A DNA stretch of 58,194 nucleotides from an uncultured Candidatus Saccharibacteria bacterium (GCA_964428845.1 CAYRZH010000001.1:1-58194), one strand, 5' to 3'. Shown: positions 8,968 to 17,592, counted from the first letter of the stretch. Notes: generated from the sequence alone by a model not told the origin. A program made the numbers and translations.

Positions 8968-10484
8968 CAAATCGTAACTTCGCGTAAAGACAATGCGGAC
9001 GCGCGCCGTGATGGGCGCACGGCGCGCGACAATTTTCCTCGCCGCTTCGCGGCGAAATGGCTCGGCGGGGGGAATTCAAAAAGGGCGGATTTGTCACGAA
9101 CCCGAGGGTTCGTTCCGATTTTTTGGACGAACGACTTGATTTCGTGCAAATTGTCCGATGTCGCCAAAAAATCGGCTTGTTTCGTATCTAAAATCCATGC
9201 CCGCAGGGGTTCGACCCAATTTTTCTTCCCGCGTTCAAAATCTTTCATTTTGGCTTGCAAAGACGCAGAGGCGCGCATGATGTCGTCTTTCTTGGAAAGG
9301 TAGATTTGTTTCGGCACTTCGCCGTCAAGATACACGCTCACCAGTTTTTCCATGCGCGTCTCTTGCGCTTTGATTTGAGAAGAAAGATTTTGAACCTCGC
9401 TCCCCGTAGTGGCGGATTCCTCGCGCTCCCATTTCTCGACTTCCGCCAGCATCCAGTCCGTGTAGCGTTCGGGGAGCGAGATTGTTTGAAGCCGTGCCTT
9501 GATTTGCTCCGCTAAATCTTCTTCGCGCAGATATGGTTGCGAACAGCGACCGCGCTTTTTGGAACAGCGATAATACCGATATTTCGTACCCCAGCGATTG
9601 ACCGCCCATTGCGCGCTTATCATCGAGCCGCACTCGGCACAACGGAATAGTCCGGTAAATGGAAAATCATGCCGAGCGCGGCGGTGGCGCGGCCGCTCTT
9701 TCGTTTTCAAAATCTTTTGCACGGCTTCAAACAATGCGGGAGAAAGAATTGGCTCAAAGTTTCCATCAAACCATTCGCCCTTGTGCTTCACGAAGCCGAT
9801 ATATGCTCTGTGCGTCAAAAGCCGTTTGATGGAAACTTTGGCAAGTGGCGTTCGGTTTTTTGAGACCACGCCGAGTTCCGCCAAAAATTGCGCGAGAGAA
9901 ACGAACGAGTGTGCGCCTTTCGCGTACTCCTCAAAAGCAAGACGGACAATCCGCGCTTCGGTGGGGTGCGGCTCAATATTGCGAATATGCGGATTGTTTT
10001 GATACCCGAAAGGCGCAAGTCCGAGCCACTCTTTCCGGCGCAATTTTTGGCGGATTCCACGCTTGATATTCTCGGCAAGATTGTCCGAATAGTATTTGCT
10101 CTGACCGAACGCCACTTGCAACATAAAGAGCCCCTGCGGGGTCGGTTCAAACCAAAATGTCGGAAAGCGCAAAGACACCACCTTGCGCGTGTCTACGGCG
10201 TAAATAACCCTGCCTCCGTCAATAGAATTACGCGCAAGGCGATCGGGATGCCACGCCAATATCCCGAAATTGTCGCCACTCTCGATTTTTGCCATCATCT
10301 CGCCAAACACTTCACGCCCCGGTGTCTTTGCGCTTTTTGACTCTTGAAATTCCGCAAGAATTTCAAGATTTTCTCTACGCGCATACTCACGAAGCTCAAA
10401 GAGTTGAGCTTCAATAGACATCACTTGTCTATCATCATCTTCGGTGCTTTTTCTCGCGTAGAGAAAATATTTTGGTTTGTTCAT
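8931..10484 (-). CDS. Large serine recombinase (resolvase + recombinase + Zn-ribbon domains)
   Basis: YARKST catalytic Ser motif, DRLAR, GLAPFGY, GLFRCAECG..YYRC zinc ribbon; 3' end runs antisense into tRNA-Ser. Confidence 0.93.
   Translation of the reverse strand: MNKPKYFLYARKSTEDDDRQVMSIEAQLFELREYARRENLEILAEFQESKSAKTPGREVFGEMMAKIESGDNFGILAWHPDRLARNSIDGGRVIYAVDTRKVVSLRFPTFWFEPTPQGLFMLQVAFGQSKYYSDNLAENIKRGIRQKLRRKEWLGLAPFGYQNNPHIRNIEPHPTEARIVRLAFEEYAKGAHSFVSLAQFLAELGVVSKNRTPLAKVSIKRLLTHRAYIGFVKHKGEWFDGNFEPILSPALFEAVQKILKTKERPRHRRARHDFPFTGLFRCAECGSMISAQWAVNRWGTKYRYYRCSKKRGRCSQPYLREEDLAEQIKARLQTISLPERYTDWMLAEVEKWEREESATTGSEVQNLSSQIKAQETRMEKLVSVYLDGEVPKQIYLSKKDDIMRASASLQAKMKDFERGKKNWVEPLRAWILDTKQADFLATSDNLHEIKSFVQKIGTNPRVRDKSALFEFPPPSHFAAKRRGKLSRAVRPSRRASALSLREVTICGECGIRTHEGF
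8965..9095 (+). repeat. Inverted repeat A, left copy (131 bp)
   Basis: Exact reverse complement of 10506-10636, checked base by base. Confidence 0.97.
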
Positions 10485-10505
10485 AATTGGTTTTGATACG
10501 AAACA

Positions 10506-10794
10506 GACAAATCCGCCCTTTTTGAATTCCCCCCGCCGAGCCATTTCGCCGCGAAGCGGCGAGGAAAATTGTCGCGCGCCGTGCGCCCATCACGGCGCGC
10601 GTCCGCATTGTCTTTACGCGAAGTTACGATTTGCGGTGAAATATTACACTTTGCGCGAACCTTTTTTGAGGGGAACTGACCCGCCTCCGCTTCGCTCCGG
10701 CGGGAAGCTCGGGCGCGGCGGGATTCCTCCCCCCAACCCCCTCCTCCCGCCGCGCCCTCGCTTGAATGCAATCCGGCGAAAAAATGCGGCTCCA
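10506..10794 (-). repeat. Central 289-bp junction: inverted copies of A (10506-10636) and B (10631-10794) sharing the core
   Basis: Matches 8965-9095 and 13012-13175 in reverse complement. Confidence 0.97.
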
Positions 10795-10879
10795 GATTGA
10801 GAAAAGAATGGAAAGTTGATATAATTCTACTGCAAGTCATAAAATGTATTATATCATTTTCCATACATTATAATCTACT

Positions 10880-11080
10880 ATGTCCACAATAGGCAAAAAC
10901 ATCAAACGATTTCGACAAGAAAAAGGGCTTTCGCAAGATAAGCTATCAAAACTGGCCGATTTGTCTTTGAATACGGTCGTAAAAATTGAGTTGGATGATA
11001 GCCCCAACCCCACTATTGAGACAGTTCAAAGGATTGCGAAAGCCCTTGAGGTGTCGGTTGATGAATTATTAAAAAAATAA
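10880..11080 (+). CDS. XRE-family HTH transcriptional regulator
   Basis: IKRFRQEKGLSQDKLSKLADLS..IE..PNPTIETVQRIAKALEV. Confidence 0.93.
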   Translation: MSTIGKNIKRFRQEKGLSQDKLSKLADLSLNTVVKIELDDSPNPTIETVQRIAKALEVSVDELLKK

Positions 11081-11084
11081 AAAT

Positions 11085-11489
11085 ATGGACAACGAATCAC
11101 TTATAAAAACAGCAGAGGGCGTTCTCAACCGACACACGGATTCAAACGGGCGCTTGCACGGCGATGTTGGAGCGGCAATCCTTGGCAGAAATGGGAAGAT
11201 GTATACCGGTGTATGTGTTGATACGCCGAGTTGGGGTTTGTGTGCCGAACGAAGCGCGCTCGCCACGATGATTACTGATCGAGAGTACAATTTCAAAAAA
11301 GTCGTTGCCGTGTGGAAAGACGACAAAACCGGCAAACTTCATGTACTAGCGCCATGCGGCCACTGTCGCCAATTTATGCGTGACATCAGCGAAGAAAATA
11401 TGGAGGCGGAAGTGTTGCTCGGACGCGATAAGTCCGAACCTCTAAAAAATCTAATTCCGCATCACGAATGGCCGGAGGCAATTGAATAA
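11085..11489 (+). CDS. Cytidine deaminase-family protein
   Basis: VGAAIL, CAE and PCGHCRQ zinc motifs. Confidence 0.88.
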   Translation: MDNESLIKTAEGVLNRHTDSNGRLHGDVGAAILGRNGKMYTGVCVDTPSWGLCAERSALATMITDREYNFKKVVAVWKDDKTGKLHVLAPCGHCRQFMRDISEENMEAEVLLGRDKSEPLKNLIPHHEWPEAIE

Positions 11490-11493
11490 AATT

Positions 11494-12330
11494 ATGCCAG
11501 AAGAACAGCAACAAGAAGAAATAAAAATTGATCAGTACCTAGAATCACCGAAGGCGTTTCATCTTGAGATGCCTCTCTATCATGCGCTTGATTTGAGCAT
11601 TGGCGTAGTTGCGGAAAAAGTTTTTGAGCACATTGCTCACTCGGGGACAATGGATGCCTATTGTATTTGGTGCGACAAAGAAAGTGTTTTTGATGCCGAG
11701 GAATATGTATACGGTAAAACATACGGGGCTTGGAAGCGTGAGGATTTTGGATTCAGACGAAACTCCTACAAGTGTACTCGCAATAATAATCATCGCTACT
11801 ACATTTATTTTTTCAAAGGCAAGGATGTTCTTATGAAAATCGGTCAATGGCCATCTGTAGCTGATTTTCAGATTCCGCAAGCAGAAAAATATCGGAAAAT
11901 CCTCGGCGAAGAAGAGTACAAAGAGCTCACGCGCGGTATCGGGCTTTCGGCGCACGGCGTTGGTATCGGCTCTTTTGTCTATTTACGCCGAGTTTTTGAA
12001 AATCTGATTGAGGAGGCCCATCAAAAGGCGAAAACCGAAGACGCATCATTTTCGGAGGAATCGTACGCACGAGCGAGAATGGACGACAAGATTGAAATGG
12101 TACAGGAACACTTGCCAGCGTTTCTCGTCGAGAATAGATCGCTCTACGCAATTATGAGTAAAGGCATTCACGACTTGACCGAAGATGAATGCCTGCAGTA
12201 TTTCGAGACAGTAAAAATTGGCATTGAGCAAATCCTCGACGAGAAAATTATTGCTAAAGAGAAAGCTGACAAAGCAGCCGCCGCTCGCGCCGCCATTCAA
12301 AAAGCACACGGCAAAATTAATGGGTCATAA
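11494..12330 (+). CDS. Hypothetical protein (possible DUF4145/HEPN-like C-terminus with N-terminal Cys pair)
   Basis: CIWCDK; GIGSFVYLRRVFENLIEE; LSKGIH-like segment; family not confirmed. Confidence 0.6.
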   Translation: MPEEQQQEEIKIDQYLESPKAFHLEMPLYHALDLSIGVVAEKVFEHIAHSGTMDAYCIWCDKESVFDAEEYVYGKTYGAWKREDFGFRRNSYKCTRNNNHRYYIYFFKGKDVLMKIGQWPSVADFQIPQAEKYRKILGEEEYKELTRGIGLSAHGVGIGSFVYLRRVFENLIEEAHQKAKTEDASFSEESYARARMDDKIEMVQEHLPAFLVENRSLYAIMSKGIHDLTEDECLQYFETVKIGIEQILDEKIIAKEKADKAAAARAAIQKAHGKINGS

Positions 12331-12874
12331 AATGAATATACTCGGTTTACAACGCGGAATAGTGCGTCTTGAACCACACAATCCCGAATGGCGGAAACTT
12401 TTTGAAACGGAAAAATCGGCTTTGCAAAAAATTCTTGGCGACAAGTTTATCGCCGCCGAGCATGTCGGCTCAACCGCCATTCCCGACCTTAAAGCAAAGC
12501 CGATTTTAGATTTGATGTTGGCAATACCGGATTTGGATGATTGGGAGTGGCTCAAAGAGCCGCTCGCCAAACTCGGCTACGAGTTTCGCCGCGACTTTAG
12601 AAACGAACAAGGACATATTTTGTTCGTGAAAGGGCCGGAGGAAAACCGAACGCACTATCTTAAAATAACCGAACTCAATTCCGACTTTTGGACGGAACAC
12701 ATTTTGTTTCGCGATTATCTCGTCAATAATCCGCAGTACCGCGAGGAATACCAAAAGTTGAAAGAAAATCTGTTTGACTCTCACGCGGGCAACCGCGAGC
12801 CGTATACGAAAGGTAAAGAGGAGTTTGTGCGGAAGATTCTCAAACTCGCAGGATTCAAGGGCAAAGTGCTCTAG
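12320..12874 (+). CDS. GrpB/UPF0157 family nucleotidyltransferase-like protein
   Basis: EHVGSTAIPDLKAKPILD, FRDYL, Y..GKEEFV. Confidence 0.88.
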   Translation: MGHKMNILGLQRGIVRLEPHNPEWRKLFETEKSALQKILGDKFIAAEHVGSTAIPDLKAKPILDLMLAIPDLDDWEWLKEPLAKLGYEFRRDFRNEQGHILFVKGPEENRTHYLKITELNSDFWTEHILFRDYLVNNPQYREEYQKLKENLFDSHAGNREPYTKGKEEFVRKILKLAGFKGKVL

Positions 12875-13011
12875 GGAGCCAACCCCGCCGTTTTATAATT
12901 TTCTTCAAAACGGCGGGTTGATTGTGCGCGCACTGGGCGGGAGGGGAGCACAATACCAATTTTGTATCTTGCCATTCAGTTTTGATAAAATGGTATGGCA
13001 AGATTCTTTTT

Positions 13012-13175
13012 TGGAGCCGCATTTTTTCGCCGGATTGCATTCAAGCGAGGGCGCGGCGGGAGGAGGGGGTTGGGGGGAGGAATCCCGCCGCGCCCGAGCT
13101 TCCCGCCGGAGCGAAGCGGAGGCGGGTCAGTTCCCCTCAAAAAAGGTTCGCGCAAAGTGTAATATTTCACCGCAA
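13012..13175 (+). repeat. Inverted repeat B, right copy (164 bp)
   Basis: Exact reverse complement of 10631-10794. Confidence 0.97.
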
Positions 13176-13220
13176 TGACCGCGCAGGATGTCTGCGCAGC
13201 AGATATCCGAGCGGGCATCG

Positions 13221-13349
13221 TGCGGATGCGGGATTCGAAAGCCGGAGCGAAGTTGCGATGTGAGCAAAGCGAACCGCAACGAGCGAGGCGGGGTCGCGCA
13301 AAATTTGCGAAGCAAATTTATGCGTGACCGAATCCCACACCCTCCGCCA
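13221..13349 (+). repeat. Hairpin element with tRNA-Ser-3'-end-like arms
   Basis: TGCGGATGCGGGATTCGAA (antisense-like tRNA tail), conserved hairpin ending GTGACC, then GAATCCCACACCCTCCGCCA (sense tRNA tail). Confidence 0.8.
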
Positions 13350-13415
13350 TATTGGCAACTTTGAACCTAAGTAAAATAAGGTTCATTTAGCCAAAAATTA
13401 GTGATATTGTTTACT

Positions 13416-14948
13416 ATGGTCATAATCCTCAATTTCGGAAGCCAGTTTGCCCACCTTATAGCAAGGCGCGTGCGGGATCTCGGCGTCAAAGCCGAGATTT
13501 TGCCTTTTGGTGCTTCGGCGTCTGAGATTTTGAAGCACAATCCTGCCGGTATCATTTTCTCTGGAGGGCCTGCATCTGTGTTGGAGAAAGATAGTCCTCG
13601 ACCAGACAAAGAAATATTTAAGCTTGGTATTCCAGTTCTTGGCATCTGTTACGGGCACCAAGTTATGGCACACATGCTTGGTGGTAAGGTCGTTAAGGGT
13701 AAGCATCGAGAGTTTGGCAAAGAGATCTTGAGTATTAAAAATAAGAAAGGAATTTTCCAATCACTTTCTTTAAAAGAGGTCGTTTGGTTCTCTCACGGTG
13801 ATCAAGTATCTGTACTACCGAAAGGACTTAAGCAAACAGCATCTACTACTGGCTGCAAATATGCCGCGTTTGCCGATTCAGAGAATAACTTCTACGGAAT
13901 TCAATTCCACCCAGAAGTAACTCACACTCGGCATGGAGAAAAGTTACTCAAAAATTTCTTGTTCTCAATCTGCAAGGCCAAGAAGAACTGGAAAATCAGT
14001 TCAGTAACAGAAAATATTATTGCAGAGGTTAAGAGTGAGGTTGGAGATAAGCATGTCGTAGTAGGCATCTCTGGGGGTGTCGATTCGTTAGTAGCCGCCA
14101 CGCTTATCCATAGGGCTATTGGCAACAATCTCCATGCGGTGTTTGTAGATACCGGTCTACTACGCAAAGGAGAGGTGAAACAGGTGGCCTCCTATCTGCG
14201 TAAGCATGGATTCAAGAAGCTTCATGTAATTGACGCAAGCCAGCTTTTCTTAAAACGATTAAAGGGCATTTCTGATCCGGAGCAAAAACGAAAAATTATC
14301 GGCCACAACTTTATTGAAGTATTTGAAAAGACGATTAAGAACGAATTCAAAAAGCATACGATCGTGTATCTCGCTCAAGGCACCATTTACCCTGACCGCA
14401 TAGAATCCGCTTCAACCTCTAAAACGGCGGCGAAGATCAAAAGCCACCATAATCTTACGCTTCCTGAAAAGATGGGCTTTAAGATTCTCGAACCAATAAA
14501 GGATTTATACAAAGACGAGGTGCGACGAGTAGGGCTAACTCTTGGACTACCGAGAGAGTTACTTTGGAGACACCCGTTCCCGGGTCCTGGGCTTGCTGTT
14601 CGTATTGTCGGAGAAATTACCGAAGATCGTCTCCGAATCCTTCGAGAGGCTGATGCTGTATTTATTGAAGAATTAAGAAAGGCTGGAGAATACGAAAAAA
14701 TATGGCAAGCATTTGCCGCACTGCTTCCAGTTAAAGTGGTTGGTGTTATGGGCGATGGCCGAACCTACGAATATGTAATAGCCTTACGAGCGGTTGACTC
14801 CATAGACGGAATGAGTGCAGATTGGCACAAAATCCCCAATGAACTTCTGGAAAAGATATCGAGTACGATTATCGGAAAAGTGCGAGGAGTAAATCGGGTG
14901 CTTTACGATATCACCCAGAAACCACCGGCTACTATTGAATATGAATAA
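13416..14948 (+). CDS. guaA: GMP synthase (glutamine-hydrolysing)
   Basis: NFGSQFAHLIARR, GICYGHQ, QFHPEV, SGGVDS, HPFPGPGLAVR, KPPATIEYE. Confidence 0.97.
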   Translation: MVIILNFGSQFAHLIARRVRDLGVKAEILPFGASASEILKHNPAGIIFSGGPASVLEKDSPRPDKEIFKLGIPVLGICYGHQVMAHMLGGKVVKGKHREFGKEILSIKNKKGIFQSLSLKEVVWFSHGDQVSVLPKGLKQTASTTGCKYAAFADSENNFYGIQFHPEVTHTRHGEKLLKNFLFSICKAKKNWKISSVTENIIAEVKSEVGDKHVVVGISGGVDSLVAATLIHRAIGNNLHAVFVDTGLLRKGEVKQVASYLRKHGFKKLHVIDASQLFLKRLKGISDPEQKRKIIGHNFIEVFEKTIKNEFKKHTIVYLAQGTIYPDRIESASTSKTAAKIKSHHNLTLPEKMGFKILEPIKDLYKDEVRRVGLTLGLPRELLWRHPFPGPGLAVRIVGEITEDRLRILREADAVFIEELRKAGEYEKIWQAFAALLPVKVVGVMGDGRTYEYVIALRAVDSIDGMSADWHKIPNELLEKISSTIIGKVRGVNRVLYDITQKPPATIEYE

Positions 14949-15993
14949 AGTTATGGAAAAACAATCTCAACTAGTCGGTAATTTTAGTGAGACGGTTTCG
15001 GTTACGAAACTGTTTTTATCTGAATTTGAAAAAGTCTTTGGAAATACGGAAATAAAAAAGTCGTTACCAACAATAGAGGGAGTCTACATGTACGCGATCA
15101 TTATGCATTTAGGGAAGATTTATAGTAAATCATCAAATGAGCATTTTAGTTTGGATAAATTTAAAAATCTCTTTCCAGAAACTACTGAGAGGGTCAACAA
15201 AATGTATGATGATCACAAAGATATCATTGGAAAAGTTAAAAGTAACCGGGATAAGTTATTTGCGCATACCGACAAAGATTTTTTAAAGTTAGGTTTTTCC
15301 CAAGCACACATTGATAAACTAAAGAGTCTTTATCAAACTGACTTTTCTCGTATTAAGGCGACCGGGAAAGAGCGAGAACGATATACCCCGTTAGATCTTA
15401 ATGATGATTTAGCTGAAATTAAACAGATGTTACAAGAAGCAGACAAATTATGGTGGGACTGTATTATGTTGATTGATTTTGAAAATAAACAAAATGTTAA
15501 AACAAGTGACTTTGAAAATGTATTTTGGGATCTTTTATTTACTTATCGACAATTGTTGCTAAATGGAAATTTACATAAGAGAGTAAATACCGAGGCTTAC
15601 CAAAAGAATGCCGCTACATGGAGTACTATACTTCTCAGTTTAGAGACTGGGGTTGTACTTGGCTTAGCAAAATTACTTGAAAAGAGTTATTTTGGAAGAA
15701 AGTTTGATAGTCAGGAATTAAATCAAATCTCTGAAAAAATTATCAATATGCGGAATCGTCTTATTGCTCATAATGATCTTTCCGTAATGCGAAACAAGAA
15801 ATCCTTTCTCGAAGAGAATCAATTAACGGGTACAGATATTATTAACATGATCGACGCTTTGAAAAGGAGAGCTATTCAATATCAACTAGCATTTAATGCA
15901 AAAATTGAAGTCCAAAAGCTATTTGAAGAAACTACTAGAAATGCTATGGATGACCTCGATGATTGGCTAAGGTCTTTCAGAATGCCGCTGTAG
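14941..15993 (+). CDS. Protein with two AbiU2-like HEPN domains
   Basis: Repeated pattern MHLGKIY..RDKLFAH.D and LGLAKLL..RNRLIAH.D; visibly AT-rich. Confidence 0.6.
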   Translation: MNKVMEKQSQLVGNFSETVSVTKLFLSEFEKVFGNTEIKKSLPTIEGVYMYAIIMHLGKIYSKSSNEHFSLDKFKNLFPETTERVNKMYDDHKDIIGKVKSNRDKLFAHTDKDFLKLGFSQAHIDKLKSLYQTDFSRIKATGKERERYTPLDLNDDLAEIKQMLQEADKLWWDCIMLIDFENKQNVKTSDFENVFWDLLFTYRQLLLNGNLHKRVNTEAYQKNAATWSTILLSLETGVVLGLAKLLEKSYFGRKFDSQELNQISEKIINMRNRLIAHNDLSVMRNKKSFLEENQLTGTDIINMIDALKRRAIQYQLAFNAKIEVQKLFEETTRNAMDDLDDWLRSFRMPL

Positions 15994-16142
15994 TAAACTT
16001 TTTATTTTAGGGAATAATCCACTGCAATCTTACCTTTATCTGATCTTGGTTTGAGCACCTCAAACCACTCAAGGTGAACTTTGTAGATAGCCCTTAGTTT
16101 CTGTATACTTTTATCAAGATCCTTGAATTTAAGGCGTTTTTT

Positions 16143-16162
16143 CCTTCGACTTCGCTCAGGAC
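16143..16162 (-). repeat. REP-like palindrome GTCCTGAGCGAAGTCGAAGG
   Basis: Plus strand reads CCTTCGACTTCGCTCAGGAC, a short imperfect palindrome. Confidence 0.6.
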
Positions 16163-16345
16163 AAGTCGGTTCTAACTTCCGGACATCACCACCGCAATGA
16201 TCCGTGAGGACAGCTGAATACTGTTCGAACGGAATAAGTTTTTATTCCACAATCAGCCAACCTTGCCGACTATTGACTTTTATTGTGTAATATGCTACCT
16301 TTACCTTAGATTAGACAGCCAGACATACCCCAAAAGGAGGTAGCG

Positions 16346-16747
16346 ATGAAAGTTGCTTACATCATGCGGGGTGTGCCCGGTAGCGGCAAAAGCACCCTTG
16401 CGAGAAGGCTCGTCAATGGTTCTGGCGGAGTGATCCACTCAACCGACGACTTCTTTTATGTCGACGGGAAGCATCACTTCGACCCAAACAAGTTGGGGGA
16501 ATACCACGATCTCAACTACGAGGCATTCTGCCGCAGCCTGAACGACGGTATTCCCGTTGTTGTCTGCGACAATACGAACTCGCGACATTGGCATTTCGAG
16601 CGATATGCCGAGGCAGCACGTCGTGCGGGATACAGGGTCGCATTCGTGGTCATGCCCCATCCCCCAGCAGAAGTTGCCGCAGAGCGTACCATCCACAGTG
16701 TTCCCGCCATCACCATCCAGCGAATGATCGATGGGTGGGAGAACTGA
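16346..16747 (+). CDS. P-loop kinase (AAA_33 / N4BP2-like)
   Basis: MRGVPGSGKST, HSTDDFF, VVCDNTN, H.VP..TIQRM; AAGGAGG RBS. Confidence 0.85.
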   Translation: MKVAYIMRGVPGSGKSTLARRLVNGSGGVIHSTDDFFYVDGKHHFDPNKLGEYHDLNYEAFCRSLNDGIPVVVCDNTNSRHWHFERYAEAARRAGYRVAFVVMPHPPAEVAAERTIHSVPAITIQRMIDGWEN

Positions 16748-16959
16748 TTCCCCGCCCGCATCCAGAAGCCGCTTGGCTCTTGGGTCGGGCGGTTTCTGTT
16801 TTCCAAAAAACTACCTTATGCATACCCTGCCACGCAATTTTTTCAAGAAGCGGCGTTTAGCCGCTTCTTGACGTATTGGGTTAATTATGCTAGGGTAAGC
16901 AGCAGTCTGAACACAGTATTAGAAGCAATCAAACCGTTCTTTAAAAGGAGAAGGACAGG

Positions 16960-17592
16960 ATGAGCAGACAAAACAATCCGCTCGAGAAGCACAGCCCGCA
17001 AGTCCATGTCACCGGTGTGTGGTCCGGGGGTCTCGGTGACGCAGTTCAACGAGTTATCGACAGCCAGGGAACCGAGCACGACTGGCGCAACGGTATCACC
17101 GTCCCCCGTCCCCGGATATGGAAGGAGCGGCCAGACCTCATCGGCAAGACCGTCACTCCGCACACTTGCGAAGCCCGCGAACACGGCGACAACGAAGGTT
17201 GCATCTGCGGTCTTATCGGCAAGCCGGTCGTCATCACGAAGATCCACAAGACGCCGTTCGTCGGAACACCCTTGTATCACATCAAAGGGAGCAAGAAGCT
17301 TGTCCGGGAGTGCGAGTTCTCCGACGAGACACGCGGCAAGGACCCCAACATCGTCGAGGGATTCATCCTCGAAGGACCGAAGGGTAAGTTCCTGACCGCC
17401 GGTTTCGTGTGGATGCCAGCCAAAACGCCGCTCGACGGCTATCTGCACAACTCACAAGTGGTGCGTGACTTACTCACCGCCGAGTTTCCGGACGGACGTC
17501 CGACCAAGGCGTATCCCGCATCGAGCAAGCTCGATGGAAGCGAGAAGCGTATCACGGGAAACGCTGTTGCCTTCGACCGACTCACCTTGTAG
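16960..17592 (+). CDS. Hypothetical protein, stand-alone unit
   Basis: 210-aa GC-rich ORF with AGGAG RBS, promoter TTGACG-17-TAGGGT and terminator AGGCCGCC..GGCGGCCT. Confidence 0.75.
   Translation: MSRQNNPLEKHSPQVHVTGVWSGGLGDAVQRVIDSQGTEHDWRNGITVPRPRIWKERPDLIGKTVTPHTCEAREHGDNEGCICGLIGKPVVITKIHKTPFVGTPLYHIKGSKKLVRECEFSDETRGKDPNIVEGFILEGPKGKFLTAGFVWMPAKTPLDGYLHNSQVVRDLLTAEFPDGRPTKAYPASSKLDGSEKRITGNAVAFDRLTL

Larger units (their letters stand above)
8965..13175. mobile_element. Integrative element at the tRNA-Ser 3' end, bounded by CCGCAA cores
   Basis: CCGCAA at 8965-8970 and 13170-13175, with an inverted copy at 10631-10636; encodes a serine recombinase, XRE regulator and cargo. Confidence 0.8.

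Noticed and set aside
10477-10864. ORFs 10477-10800, 10481-10864, 8840-9097, 12774-13178, 12976-13218 and 13127-13315
   Set aside because: Shadow frames across the GC-rich inverted repeats; identical peptides recur only because the DNA is repeated.
13350-13415. Purine riboswitch upstream of guaA
   Set aside because: No aptamer consensus, and too little space.
16190-16216. CACCGCAATGATCCGTGAGGACAGCTG resembles the island right junction CACCGCAATGACCGCGCAGGATGTCTG
   Set aside because: Only 11 bp are exact and the B arm is absent. It falls inside an open frame on the other strand, so chance cannot be excluded.
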